Source of the DNA: Spirochaetia bacterium
GTDB lineage: Bacteria > Spirochaetota > Spirochaetia > WTKD01 > G963693115
DNA: 64,000 bases
Assembly: GCA_965226055.1 (NCBI GenBank)
Contig: CBDDCA010000006.1
Coordinates: forward strand, 768,001 to 832,000
Reading direction: 5' to 3'
The position numbers and the translations under genes were made by a program. Each line of letters begins with the position of its first letter. The first letter of the stretch is position 1. Positions 1 to 10,383 of this stretch are shown piece by piece. The notes under the pieces were generated by a model. That model was given only the letters and a program-made list of their open reading frames with translations. It searched no databases and was not told where the DNA came from.

Positions 1-375
1 GCAGTAGGAAAACGAAAGACATCAGTAGCAAGAATATATTTACGAAAAGGTACTGGAAATATAAAGATAAACAAAAATCGTAATATACAAGACTACTTAA
101 AAAAACAAGAGCTTATTGACAAAGCACTTTTGCCACTATCAGTTACAAAACAAAAATCTCATTGGGATGTAATAATCAATGTATATGGCGGTGGTACTAC
201 GGGGCAAGCAGGAGCAATTGCTCACGGCATTGCTCGTTCACTCTTAAAAAGTGATGAAGAGTTGCGTCATACGCTTAAACAGCATAGTTTACTCACGCGT
301 GATTCAAGAATGGTAGAAAGAAAAAAATATGGACGTCGTGGAGCAAGACGATCTTTTCAGTTCTCTAAACGTTAG
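1..375 (+). CDS. rpsI: 30S ribosomal protein S9 (5'-truncated by window edge)
   Basis: Frame 1 is open from base 1: [14 protein letters not shown]...[17 protein letters not shown]...[12 protein letters not shown]...FQFSKR, all S9 motifs. Confidence 0.98.
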   Translation, partial: AVGKRKTSVARIYLRKGTGNIKINKNRNIQDYLKKQELIDKALLPLSVTKQKSHWDVIINVYGGGTTGQAGAIAHGIARSLLKSDEELRHTLKQHSLLTRDSRMVERKKYGRRGARRSFQFSKR

Positions 376-380
376 TATAT

Positions 381-938
381 ATTTTACAGAATAATCTCCC
401 AGAACAACAAGAATTACTGCATGGTGCATTTACAAAAGCACTCCGTTTACTATCTAAAAAAGGTTACGCTACACGAGCATTAGCACTAAAATTACTTGAA
501 CACTATCCTCAAGGCATAGTAGAGGGAGTTATCTCACAACTACAACAAGAAAAGTATCTTGATGATAGTACTCTCTGTTATCAGTTTGCACAGTTTTTTC
601 TTGATACAAAACCGCATAGTAAAGCACGGCTTGTACAAAAACTTGCTATACGAAAGTTTGAAGCATCCTGTATTGCCAATAGTCTCATACAACTAGAAGA
701 AGAATTTTTACAGCATCAGTTTACTCCACATTACTGCATGGTATTTGAACATACATGTATACAGATAGAAAGGATTGATTTGTGGAGCTTCATTACTATG
801 GTAGCGTTGTATCAACAGTATCAAAAAAATACAAAGCATGCATACGTAACATTGAAATCTCGTCTTGTATTACAAGGCTTTGTGTATATGCATATTGAAA
901 CTGCACAGCAACAATTACTACAGCACAGCCTCATATAA
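381..938 (+). CDS. recX: RecX family regulatory protein (start codon non-canonical or uncertain)
   Basis: The frame of ORF 738..938 is open from 369 (after TAA 366-368). Manual translation gives KALRLLSKKGYATRALALKL...IVEGVISQLQQEKYLDD...FA...KARLVQKL, matching RecX helical repeats. There is no ATG/GTG/TTG before 738; ATT at 381 and CTG at 417 are in frame. Confidence 0.75.
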   Translation: MLQNNLPEQQELLHGAFTKALRLLSKKGYATRALALKLLEHYPQGIVEGVISQLQQEKYLDDSTLCYQFAQFFLDTKPHSKARLVQKLAIRKFEASCIANSLIQLEEEFLQHQFTPHYCMVFEHTCIQIERIDLWSFITMVALYQQYQKNTKHAYVTLKSRLVLQGFVYMHIETAQQQLLQHSLI

Positions 939-980
939 AACTAATATGATAGTAGCGATAAGAGAAGAACAAAAGAGTAG

Positions 981-1232
981 CTATGATGCCTTGTTACTGT
1001 TTTCTTTTAATTTCTCTTTTAGTTTTTCCTCTTGTTCTTTTGCTGCTTTAGCATCGTATATGTCTGCTATACTAATGATGATGAAAAACAAAGCAAGTGA
1101 CATAAGAAATAAAGGGAGTACCCCTTGTATCACAAATAAAAATGCTTCTGTCCATCCTAATGCCCAATCAAAAGGCAATACCATATACAAAGAGACAATG
1201 AGAAGAATAATTCCAAGCAATATACCAGCCAT
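981..1232 (-). CDS. Small membrane protein (2 TM helices, charged C-terminal tail), 83 aa
   Basis: MAGILLGIILLIVSLY...FFIIISIADIYDAKAAKEQEEK. Start placed at ATG 1232 because the longer ORF overlaps the lysC-like gene and TG-C-TACTAT lies 6 nt upstream of this ATG. Confidence 0.75.
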   Translation of the reverse strand: MAGILLGIILLIVSLYMVLPFDWALGWTEAFLFVIQGVLPLFLMSLALFFIIISIADIYDAKAAKEQEEKLKEKLKENSNKAS

Positions 1233-1329
1233 AAGTATATAGTAGCATAGAAAATATTCCCTGTATAGTATGGCTAGTATACTGTTGCTTTTTACTGTAA
1301 GACAATTTATAGTGTGATAATTCCTTTTG

Positions 1330-2601
1330 CTAATGCTCAAAAAGAGTGCTATGTAATTGTATGAGGGCTTTTTGGAGATCTTGTTCAGCAATAATAATAC
1401 TAAGATTGCTTCCTGTTTGCCCTAAAGAGATAGTATTGATAGCAACAGTGTGTAGCGATTGTAGTATGTCGCCTGTTTTTGTAGGAGTAGTCCAACAATC
1501 TTTTCCAATAAGACTGATAATAGCTCGGTGTGTTTGGTAGAGTACTTCTCCTAGTTTTTTGAGTGATGTAACAAAAGAAGTGCTGAAATAGCTCTTATGA
1601 AATGTCATTGTTACTGATATTTCCGATGTTGTGAGAGTTTCTATTGATACTTTATGTTGATGACATATTGCAAAGATTTTTTCTAAATACCCATGTTGAT
1701 GAAACATATCGGCAGATCGTAATGTGAGTATGATAAAGTCTTTGCGATGGGTAATGGTAATGCAAGTAGTACTGTTGATTTTTGCTTGGTTGTGGATAGT
1801 AGTGATAGGAGCTTGGGAATGAAGAGAATGTATCATAATAGGGATATTGTGTTGAGAGAGTTCATATAGGGCACTAGGATGAAAAAATTTTCCTCCCAGA
1901 TACGATATTTCTAAGGCAGTGGTATAATCAAGTTCTTTTACTGTTTTTGCTTGTGAAATGATAGTAGGATCAGCAGTTTGTATTCCCATGAGGTTGTTCC
2001 AAATGGCTACTTTTTTTGCCTTATATTTTTTAGCAAGACGGGTAGCTACAAAATCTATAGTATGGGGAATATTTTCTATAGGTATGATGCATATAGGAGT
2101 GTGCTGTAATGTTTTCGATACAGATAACACATTGCTAATAGCACAGTGAAGCATAGGATACCTATTTTGTAGCATGGTAACTATAAGTACTGATGCTATA
2201 TGTGATGCTATTTTTAATAAAGAGGAGAATGTTTTTGCACTTATTTCTTTTACTGCACAGATTCCATGTAAAAGAGAAAGTATATCATTACAATCAGAAT
2301 GAAATGCATGGAGTACTTGTTTTTGTTGTGTTTCATCAGTAAACACATTTTGTATAGTGAGTGATATTATTCTTTTGAATTTTGAAAACTCATCTTCAAT
2401 ATATGCACGTGGCTTTGTAAGTGCTTGTGTGGCAAGTTGTTGTAAAGGTTCATGAGAACGCATATAACTTCCATTTAAGACAATAATATGAGAGTCTGGG
2501 CTATGATGTGCATGTTTCCATATTACTGTGCATATGTCTACAAGGTTATTTTTCTTTTCAAAATAAGTAGTGTCAAATACTAGTATAGATTTTGTATGCA
2601 T
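1330..2601 (-). CDS. Aspartokinase (LysC)-like protein with two ACT domains; catalytic motifs degenerate
   Basis: IWNNLMGIQTADP, EISYLGGKFFHP and ACT MFHQHGYLEKIF...TTSEISVT resemble aspartokinase III. It lies directly downstream of asd. KFGG and GRGGSD motifs are absent. Confidence 0.8.
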   Translation of the reverse strand: MHTKSILVFDTTYFEKKNNLVDICTVIWKHAHHSPDSHIIVLNGSYMRSHEPLQQLATQALTKPRAYIEDEFSKFKRIISLTIQNVFTDETQQKQVLHAFHSDCNDILSLLHGICAVKEISAKTFSSLLKIASHIASVLIVTMLQNRYPMLHCAISNVLSVSKTLQHTPICIIPIENIPHTIDFVATRLAKKYKAKKVAIWNNLMGIQTADPTIISQAKTVKELDYTTALEISYLGGKFFHPSALYELSQHNIPIMIHSLHSQAPITTIHNQAKINSTTCITITHRKDFIILTLRSADMFHQHGYLEKIFAICHQHKVSIETLTTSEISVTMTFHKSYFSTSFVTSLKKLGEVLYQTHRAIISLIGKDCWTTPTKTGDILQSLHTVAINTISLGQTGSNLSIIIAEQDLQKALIQLHSTLFEH

Positions 2602-2608
2602 AATGAAA

Positions 2609-3652
2609 CTAAAAATAGGGTGAATGTAATCCTAAACGAACAAATGCTTCTGCATTTAAGATTGCTGCTCCTGCTGCTCCTCGAATGGTGTTATGTCCTA
2701 GTACGGTGAATTTATAATCGCATAGAGTACAAGGGCGTAATCTTCCAATACAAGAAGCCATGCCTTTTTCTTTCATTCTATCAAGTCGTGGTTGTGGACG
2801 ATTCTCTTCTGTAAAGTAGAGCAATGGATGGAGAGGGGCTGAGTGTAATTTTTGTGCTTGTGGAAATCCTTGAAAGTTTTGCCATGTTTGAATAATATCA
2901 TGTTCTGTGGGGGTTGTTTCAAAACTCAATGAGATGCAGGCAGTATGTCCATCAAGTACAGGAACTCTGTTACAATGAGCACTGATGTCAAAATGGGTGG
3001 AGACTATTCCTTTGCCTTGAATGTAGTCGCCAAGTATTTTTAAGGGTTCGGTCTCTATTTTTTCTTCTTCTCCATCAATATACGGAACAACATTATCGAG
3101 TATGTCAAGGGAAGGTACTCCAGGATACCCTGCCCCACTGATAGCTTGCATAGTATGTACCATGAGTTTTGTAATAGTGAAATTTTTATGCAATGGTCCT
3201 ATTGCAAGAGCTATTGCCATAGTGGAGCAATTTGAGTTGGTAATAATAGCTCCCTTTGTTTTTTGTTCTTGTACTGAAAATAAATGCTCATGGTTTAGTT
3301 CGGGAATAACAAGGGGTACAAGGGGATTCATTCTATGATTTTTAGCATTGCTTATAACAATATGTCCTTGACGTGCATACTGTTCTTCTACTTCAAGTGC
3401 AACAGTACTATCAAGCCCTGAAAATAAGAGAGGACTGCTAAGGGTATCTTGTGTAGAACGGATAATCATATCTGCAATGTTCTCTGGAATATTCTCTTCT
3501 TGTTTCCATACACAAGCATCTTTGTAGCGTTTTTTTGCACTTTGTTCTGATGCTACAAGTTCGGTTATACGAAATTGGGGGTGTCCTTGTAACAAGCTGA
3601 TACATTTTTGTCCTACAGTACCAGTAGCGCCAAGTATTGCAACATTAATCAT
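2609..3652 (-). CDS. asd: Aspartate-semialdehyde dehydrogenase (archaeal/eukaryote-like type)
   Basis: GATGTVGQ Rossmann motif, catalytic NSNCST, QAISGAG, CNRVPVLDGH, HNTIRGAAG. Confidence 0.97.
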   Translation of the reverse strand: MINVAILGATGTVGQKCISLLQGHPQFRITELVASEQSAKKRYKDACVWKQEENIPENIADMIIRSTQDTLSSPLLFSGLDSTVALEVEEQYARQGHIVISNAKNHRMNPLVPLVIPELNHEHLFSVQEQKTKGAIITNSNCSTMAIALAIGPLHKNFTITKLMVHTMQAISGAGYPGVPSLDILDNVVPYIDGEEEKIETEPLKILGDYIQGKGIVSTHFDISAHCNRVPVLDGHTACISLSFETTPTEHDIIQTWQNFQGFPQAQKLHSAPLHPLLYFTEENRPQPRLDRMKEKGMASCIGRLRPCTLCDYKFTVLGHNTIRGAAGAAILNAEAFVRLGLHSPYF

Positions 3653-3737
3653 ATGTTTATAGTATCATAGGTGAGATTAATATGGTATACTAATAAAAAG
3701 ATTGTATAGAAAATAAAAGCAATAAAGGAGTATAAAT

Positions 3738-4799
3738 ATGTCTACACTTGATACTAACAAACCTGTTATGGTGAGTGGAGCGAATGGATATATTGCAAGC
3801 TGGATAGTAAAAAAGCTACTTGATAAAGGATGTACTGTTCATGCAACAGTAAGAGATCCTTCTGATAATGAGAGAGTAGGTCATTTGAGGGAAATCGCTG
3901 AGGGGAGTAAAGGAACACTGAAGTTTTTTCAGGCAAATCTCTTAGAGGAGGGTTCTTTTTCACAGGCCATGCAAGGGTGTGAAATAGTATTTCATACTGC
4001 TTCTGTTGTGATGTTTTCTTCAAAGAATCCCCAAAAGGATATTGTGGACCCTGCTTTGTTTGGTACTAAGAATATACTGCATTCGGTTGATGCATGCGAA
4101 AGTGTTAAAAAAGTGATACTTACTAGCAGTATAGCGGCTGTATACGGCTACTCTATAGATATGCAACGTCAGAATATAGAGAAATTTCGAGAAGAGCATT
4201 GGAATACCTCTTCTTCTCTTACGATGGGACCGTATTCGTATGCTAAGACAGTAGCAGAAAAAGCAGCATGGCAATATGCAGAACAACAAAAAGAGCAACG
4301 GTGGCAGTTGATAGTGATGAATCCTGGATTTGTGGTAGGACCAACATTAAATAAGAGAGTAGAAAGTTCTCTTATGTTGCTAAAGCAATTAGGAGATGGT
4401 TCTATGAAACTTGGTACTATGAATATGATGCTTGCAATAGTGGATGTAGAGGATATTGCTGATGCTCATATCATTGCTGCATATAAGCCTGGTGTTTCAG
4501 GACGACATATTTTGACAGCAAAATCATATTCTCTATTAGAGATGGCTAATATACTACGCAGTCATTTTGGGGATCAATATGCATTTCCTAAAAAAAATAT
4601 TCCTAAATGGATGCTCTCTCTTTTTGCTCCACTTATTGGTATGTCACGGGATATGGTACGATATTCTGTAAATTTTCCTCTTGAGTTTGATAATGAGTAT
4701 AGCAAGAAAGATTTAGGGCTAGAATATCGTTCAGTACAAGATGCTCTGATTGCTACATTTCAACAGATGATTGATATAGGGATAGTGCAAAAAAAATAG
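3738..4799 (+). CDS. NAD-dependent epimerase/dehydratase (extended SDR, aldehyde/dihydroflavonol reductase-like)
   Basis: VSGANGYIASW, VFHTAS, TSSIAAV, YSYAK (YxxxK), NPGFVVGP. SD AAGGAG upstream. Confidence 0.9.
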   Translation: MSTLDTNKPVMVSGANGYIASWIVKKLLDKGCTVHATVRDPSDNERVGHLREIAEGSKGTLKFFQANLLEEGSFSQAMQGCEIVFHTASVVMFSSKNPQKDIVDPALFGTKNILHSVDACESVKKVILTSSIAAVYGYSIDMQRQNIEKFREEHWNTSSSLTMGPYSYAKTVAEKAAWQYAEQQKEQRWQLIVMNPGFVVGPTLNKRVESSLMLLKQLGDGSMKLGTMNMMLAIVDVEDIADAHIIAAYKPGVSGRHILTAKSYSLLEMANILRSHFGDQYAFPKKNIPKWMLSLFAPLIGMSRDMVRYSVNFPLEFDNEYSKKDLGLEYRSVQDALIATFQQMIDIGIVQKK

Positions 4800-4842
4800 T
4801 GAGAATGCAGAAGAAATAGTGATACTGTAAGTGCGTGTAGTA

Positions 4843-5982
4843 TCAAATACTTGCTAAAAGACTTGCTTTAGGGTGTGAGGTGAGTATTGTATTTAGTACC
4901 TGTTCTTTTTGCTCTGGTGCTACTGCTACTACTATTGAGCCACCAAACCCACCTCCAGTAAGGCGAGCTCCTAAAGCGCCAGCTTCTTTTGCAGTATTAC
5001 ACATTGCATCAATTTCTGGGAGAGAGGTATGGTAGAGATCTCTTTGTGATGCATGGCTTTCATCCATAAGGCGAGCAAATGTATGTATGTCTTTTTCAAG
5101 GAGTGCTGTGTACGCATCGTGTACCCGTTTATTTTCATATACCACATGATGAGCACGTTTTATAAGGAGTTCGTCTTTGAGTGATATGTTTTGTAAATCA
5201 TCAGGCTTTAGTTCACTAAGATGATTGATAGCGAGGAGAGAACATATTTTTTTGCATTGAGCAACACGAGTAGCATACCCTTCATCATCGGCAAATGCAT
5301 GTGTTATCCCCGATGAAATAAGCAGAAAATTAGCAGTATCAAATAGTGGAGCAAACTCATAGCTAGGGTGTTCGCTGTTAAAAAAGTTAATGTACATAGC
5401 GTGGCGTTGCATACCCATGCTTACCACCATTTGATCCATCAATCCACAGGGTACGCCTACATACTCATTGTCTGATCTCTGTGCCATCTTTGCAATGCGT
5501 AGATCACCAATGTCAATTTTCAAAAGAGCAGTAATTGCACGTATCGTAGCTACTTCTAGTGCAGCAGAACTTGAAATGCCTACTCCACTCAGAATATTTG
5601 AGTCAATGAAGATATGTATGGCAGGCAGAGGTGAGCGTATATGCTTTTTTATTTCTCGTACACTTCCAAGTACATAATCTGTCCAATGCTGTTTTTTTTG
5701 TTCACTCAGTAAACGGGTGTGTATAAGAGGAGCGGTATGTGTGTGAGTATCGAAAGTACTATATATGTTTACTGTGTCTTGTGTTTGGGTATGAGATTGA
5801 GCCACCGCTACAGTGGTGCTGTTATCAAGAAGTACAGGCATAACACAGCCGTTGTTATAGTCAGTATGTTCTCCAATAAGATTTGCTCGTGCATGTGCAT
5901 ATGCAGTATATTCTATTGTAGTATGAAATATTTTTTCAAAAGCAAGAGTATGATGAGATTGGTCTGTTTTCCCTTTATTCAT
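4843..5982 (-). CDS. galK: Galactokinase
   Basis: RANLIGEHTDYN, GISSSAALE, CGLMDQ and GARLTGGGFGG are GHMP/galactokinase motifs. Confidence 0.93.
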   Translation of the reverse strand: MNKGKTDQSHHTLAFEKIFHTTIEYTAYAHARANLIGEHTDYNNGCVMPVLLDNSTTVAVAQSHTQTQDTVNIYSTFDTHTHTAPLIHTRLLSEQKKQHWTDYVLGSVREIKKHIRSPLPAIHIFIDSNILSGVGISSSAALEVATIRAITALLKIDIGDLRIAKMAQRSDNEYVGVPCGLMDQMVVSMGMQRHAMYINFFNSEHPSYEFAPLFDTANFLLISSGITHAFADDEGYATRVAQCKKICSLLAINHLSELKPDDLQNISLKDELLIKRAHHVVYENKRVHDAYTALLEKDIHTFARLMDESHASQRDLYHTSLPEIDAMCNTAKEAGALGARLTGGGFGGSIVVAVAPEQKEQVLNTILTSHPKASLLASI

Positions 5983-6061
5983 ATTATTATGGTATCATAA
6001 ATATATATATAATAGAAATAGAGTTGTTTGTGTTATATACTAATACAAATAATTTCAAAGA

Positions 6062-8377
6062 GTGAGTGAAATGATGAACAAAAAAAGACTTATTACATCA
6101 GCACTCCCATATGTGAACAATGTGCCACATTTAGGGAATCTTATACAGGTGCTTTCTGCAGATGTCTATGCACGTTTTTGTAGGAGCAGAGGGTATGAAA
6201 CAGTATATATTTGTGGAACAGATGAATATGGTACTGCAACAGAAACAAAAGCACGTGAACAAAAGGTATCTCCTCAAGAACTTTGTTCTCGTTATTTTGC
6301 TATTCATCGAGATATATATCAGTGGTTTTGTATCAGCTTTGATATGTTTGGTCGTACTTCTACCTCTGAGCAAACTGCTATTGTGCAAGATATTTTTCTA
6401 AAGCTATATCATGCTGGTTTTATTGAAAAGCAGACTGTTCAACAATATTACTCTGAAGTATCAAAGATGTTTCTTGCTGATAGGTATATTTTAGGTATTT
6501 GTCCACATTGTGATTATGAGTATGCACGAGGGGATCAATGTGAAAACTGTGGTACATTGCTTGATCCTACTCAGCTAAAAAACCCAATATCTAAAATAGA
6601 CAATACTGCTCCAATATTAAAAGAAACAACGCATTTGTATATCAATCTTCCAAAAATTTTGCCAAAACTTGAGGGATGGTTAGAAAGCGTAAAGCATAAC
6701 TGGTCTAAAAATGCTATACGTATGACAGAGGCATGGATACGAGATGGTCTGAAGCCAAGAGCTATCACACGAGATTTACAATGGGGAATCCCTGTGCCTC
6801 TTGAAGAATTTACTGATAAAGTGTTTTATGTATGGTTTGATGCTCCTATAGGATATATTTCTATTACCGCTACCCATACGCAAGAGTGGGAGAAATGGTG
6901 GAAAAATCCTGAACAAGTAGAATTAGTGCAGTTTATAGGAAAAGATAATATTCCATTTCATACAGTGATGTTTCCTTGTTCTTTGCTTGGTGCAAGTCAA
7001 ACAAAGGAAAGCGAATGGACTTTGTTGCATCAGATATCTTCTTCAGAGTATCTTAATTATGAAGGCGGTGCATTTTCAAAAAGTCGTGGTGTAGGAGTAT
7101 TTGGCAATGATGTGATGGACATAGGGTTGCCATCTGATATGTGGCGTTTTTATTTGTTTTATAATCGACCTGAAAACTCTGATTTTATGTTTACATGGAA
7201 AGATTTTCAAGATTCGGTAAATGGTGAGTTGATAAATAATCTTGCTAATTTATATCATAGAACTCTTTCTTTTCAATGTAAATATTTTGGTAACACGCTT
7301 GTACAAGAAGAGTACTTTGGCGAAGAGACAGAAAAAATATGGAAAGATATAAAGGAAAGAGAGGATACAATAACGCACTATCTTGAAAAAACTGAATTAA
7401 GGAGTGCATATCGTAGTATTTTTGCTCTTTCTGATTATGGAAATAAACTGTTTCAAGATATGGAACCATGGAATTTGCGAAAGCAAGATACACAAAAAAC
7501 ACAGTGGTTGATCCGTAACCTCATATATCTTTTGCGTGATATTGCTATTCTTATAGAGCCGTTTACTCCAATAATGTCTCATTCCATGTTATCTTGTTTG
7601 TATCCACATAGCTTTAATCGCAAGGTAGTATCTGATAGAAGTGATGATACTAATAACACTCACTTTTATACAAAAAATTACACAACATTTAATTGGAGTA
7701 TGCTAGGAACGCTAAAAGGAATACATACGCTTACTTCTCCTACGCATTTGTTTGCTCGTTTAGAAGACAGTGTTATTCAAGAATTAAGCGTGAAATATCA
7801 TGGAAAACAGGAGAATTTTGCTATGAATGTGTCAGAAACCTCTTTAGGAGAGAACAATAAAGATACGCAGGAGCTATCTCTTGCTCAGCAGTTTGCTCAG
7901 AAAGTTGAGTTGCGAGTGGTAAAAATTCTTACGGTAGAAGTGCATCCCGATGCTGATAAATTGTATATTTTACGTCTTGATGATGGTTCAGAAGAAGGGC
8001 GTACTATTGTGTCTTCAATTCGTCCCTATTATACCGAAGAAGAACTTGTTGGTCGACATATACTTATTGTTGCAAATTTGAAGCCAGCTAAATTTCGAGG
8101 AGTGCCAAGTAAGGGAATGTTATTGGCCACTGATCCGATAAAGGAACATAATGATGCAATAGAGCTTTTATTTGCCGATGAGTGTGAAGTAGCAACACAA
8201 GTACTCCCAGAGAACTGTACTGCTCCTCAGGAGTATACAAAGTTAAAAATAGATACCTTTGCTAACTTTTCTCTTAAAGTTGTTTCTCATGTATTTATGT
8301 TGGGCGATAATACTTCATTAAAAGCTGGTGAAAAGAATATACATACCAAAATTATCGCAGATGCAAATGTACATTAG
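6062..8377 (+). CDS. metG: Methionine--tRNA ligase with C-terminal tRNA-binding (Trbp111-like) domain
   Basis: SALPYVNNVPHLGN, CGTDEYG, Zn knuckle CPHC..GDQCENC, YVWFDAPIGY, FSKS, C-terminal HPDADKLY..NLKPAKFRG. True start may be ATG 6071/6074. Confidence 0.98.
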   Translation: MSEMMNKKRLITSALPYVNNVPHLGNLIQVLSADVYARFCRSRGYETVYICGTDEYGTATETKAREQKVSPQELCSRYFAIHRDIYQWFCISFDMFGRTSTSEQTAIVQDIFLKLYHAGFIEKQTVQQYYSEVSKMFLADRYILGICPHCDYEYARGDQCENCGTLLDPTQLKNPISKIDNTAPILKETTHLYINLPKILPKLEGWLESVKHNWSKNAIRMTEAWIRDGLKPRAITRDLQWGIPVPLEEFTDKVFYVWFDAPIGYISITATHTQEWEKWWKNPEQVELVQFIGKDNIPFHTVMFPCSLLGASQTKESEWTLLHQISSSEYLNYEGGAFSKSRGVGVFGNDVMDIGLPSDMWRFYLFYNRPENSDFMFTWKDFQDSVNGELINNLANLYHRTLSFQCKYFGNTLVQEEYFGEETEKIWKDIKEREDTITHYLEKTELRSAYRSIFALSDYGNKLFQDMEPWNLRKQDTQKTQWLIRNLIYLLRDIAILIEPFTPIMSHSMLSCLYPHSFNRKVVSDRSDDTNNTHFYTKNYTTFNWSMLGTLKGIHTLTSPTHLFARLEDSVIQELSVKYHGKQENFAMNVSETSLGENNKDTQELSLAQQFAQKVELRVVKILTVEVHPDADKLYILRLDDGSEEGRTIVSSIRPYYTEEELVGRHILIVANLKPAKFRGVPSKGMLLATDPIKEHNDAIELLFADECEVATQVLPENCTAPQEYTKLKIDTFANFSLKVVSHVFMLGDNTSLKAGEKNIHTKIIADANVH

Positions 8378-8406
8378 GATACAGTATACATAGTTTTTTT
8401 TGCTAT

Positions 8407-9375
8407 TTATAGTATTTCTCCTATGAACTGAGGAGTATGATCTTCCATAATTTCTTTGTATGTATGTGTTGCTTGTTCATGCAGTTGTAAGAGATGTGTG
8501 GTAACAAAATGAGATACTTGCTTTTTAAGTATAGTCGCTTTGTTTTGTTGTTTCTCATCTACAATATGTTCGGTATCGTTTATAGGATACTGCTGTGCTT
8601 TTTCTAATACTTCACTGCATTTCTGTGGAGCGTCTACATGATATACAAGAGTATCCATCTGTAACTCATCAACTGACATCTTAGTAGATGCATTTACTGT
8701 TAATACATTTCCTTTTATGCCTAAGAAACATACATAGTCAAACCGTTTAAGAAAACTCGCTGTTTGTTCAATGGCTTGTCTACTATTTTTATCATTTTCG
8801 CGAAATCGTGTTCCTGAAGGAAACATAAATATGATGTTTCCTTCATTTTTCAATTCTTGCATTTTTTGAAAAGAATTTTTTGCCAATGATGCAAGAAGCG
8901 TTGCTTCGTCTTGTGGTATATTTTCTTGTTGTGCTCGAGCTTGATGAATGATAAGTCGGCTCATTGATTCGGAAAAAGCAAGAACTGCTTTATGTTCAGT
9001 ATTTAGTTTTGATGCTGCTAAAAATATGAGATTTTCAAATAAAGGGATTAATGTGGGATATTTTTGTCGTATAATACAGTACAAGCCAATGGAATCAAAA
9101 TTGCTATAATGCTCAGACATTATAATGCAAGATTTTCCTTCTTTTGCTAATTGTAGTAATGTTTCAAGATGTTCAGGATGTACTATGGTACTTTTAGGGT
9201 AAATATAATCTTCGACAATTTCATATACTAACTCTCTGTTTTTAGGGTTATACGGCTCAAATACTTTCGTTGCATTCAGTGTTTGAGAATATTGCATGCT
9301 TTGTATCATTTGTGTAATTTTTTCTTTTCGTTTTATGTAGAGTTGTTCCAGCTTTTTTTTATCTAATATGTCCAT
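8407..9375 (-). CDS. Glycerol-3-phosphate/lysophospholipid acyltransferase (PlsB/PlsC superfamily)
   Basis: HxxxxD motif (HYSNFD) and FPSGTR block. Confidence 0.85.
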   Translation of the reverse strand: MDILDKKKLEQLYIKRKEKITQMIQSMQYSQTLNATKVFEPYNPKNRELVYEIVEDYIYPKSTIVHPEHLETLLQLAKEGKSCIIMSEHYSNFDSIGLYCIIRQKYPTLIPLFENLIFLAASKLNTEHKAVLAFSESMSRLIIHQARAQQENIPQDEATLLASLAKNSFQKMQELKNEGNIIFMFPSGTRFRENDKNSRQAIEQTASFLKRFDYVCFLGIKGNVLTVNASTKMSVDELQMDTLVYHVDAPQKCSEVLEKAQQYPINDTEHIVDEKQQNKATILKKQVSHFVTTHLLQLHEQATHTYKEIMEDHTPQFIGEIL

Positions 9376-9394
9376 GTCTTATTATATGATTATA

Positions 9395-10252
9395 CTATAG
9401 TTTTTGTTTATGGGTATTTGCAATATAAATGCCTATGGTACACAGTATAGCAGAGAGAATATCTTGAATATTTACTGTTTCTCCTAGTAAAAATGCAAAG
9501 AAAGTAGTGATTACAGGGACAAATGTGGTGCAAAAAGACATTTTTAAGCTCCCAATTTTACTAATTGCTTTGCTCATAAGCAATACTGCTATAATGGATA
9601 CTCCAATGCCTTGATAGGAAGCCTGTATCAATACAGAAACAGTATCAGTTTTTAGTGCGGATATATTTCCCCAAAGAAGATAGAAAGGAAATATAGCAAT
9701 TAAACTAAAAAGAGTAGCACTGCTTGCTACTTCTATAGGACTGAAGGCATATTTTCCTATATTCCAAATACCAAAACTATGGAGAAACGCAGAAATAAGG
9801 AGTAATAGTATGCCTACTATTTGTAAAAAAAGAGAGTTTGTATAAGATGAGCCTGAGAGGAATAGGAATACTGATGCCACAATGAAACATAATGCCAGAT
9901 ATGTTTGTTTTGGAAACTCTTTTTTTGATAGAAATGCATATAAAGATCCAAATATAGGAGTAAAGCCTGTGATAATAATTGCACCATGAGTAGAACGAAA
10001 TAGTATCAGTCCATACAGAGAAAATAAGTTATACATGGTTCCAATACAAATACTTATTAAAAGGCAAGGGAACACAAGACATCGTTTTAGTATAATTTTG
10101 TACGTAAATGGAAGAAGGACAATAGAAGCAGTCAAATGACGTAAAAAAATAATATCAATGGGAGATAGTGCAGAAGAGCTGACCCCTAGACGAGAAATAA
10201 CAAACCAAAAAGCCCAGATAAACACGGTGATTGTTGCATAGACATACCCCAC
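9395..10252 (-). CDS. DMT/EamA family transporter
   Basis: About 10 hydrophobic segments in two repeats: IWAFWFVISRLGV..SPIDIIFLR, PVITTFFAFLLGE. Confidence 0.88.
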   Translation of the reverse strand: MGYVYATITVFIWAFWFVISRLGVSSSALSPIDIIFLRHLTASIVLLPFTYKIILKRCLVFPCLLISICIGTMYNLFSLYGLILFRSTHGAIIITGFTPIFGSLYAFLSKKEFPKQTYLALCFIVASVFLFLSGSSYTNSLFLQIVGILLLLISAFLHSFGIWNIGKYAFSPIEVASSATLFSLIAIFPFYLLWGNISALKTDTVSVLIQASYQGIGVSIIAVLLMSKAISKIGSLKMSFCTTFVPVITTFFAFLLGETVNIQDILSAILCTIGIYIANTHKQKL

Positions 10253-10383
10253 ATAACTATTATATAGTATTATTCAATAATAATTCTGTAGATTTTTTTG
10301 TTATATTATGGCTATATCTTTGAATTTTGTAAATTAATGTATTTACTTGTATATTTATTGGCTTTTTTGCTACAATTATGAAT

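Noticed and set aside
865-1242. ORF 865..1242(+) and the many other 60-130 aa ORFs overlapping long genes (e.g. 27080..27424, 33037..33351, 50646..54527 on the minus strand)
   Set aside because: They are antisense or off-frame shadows of well-supported genes with no motifs. They are especially dense opposite the compositionally biased lipoprotein.
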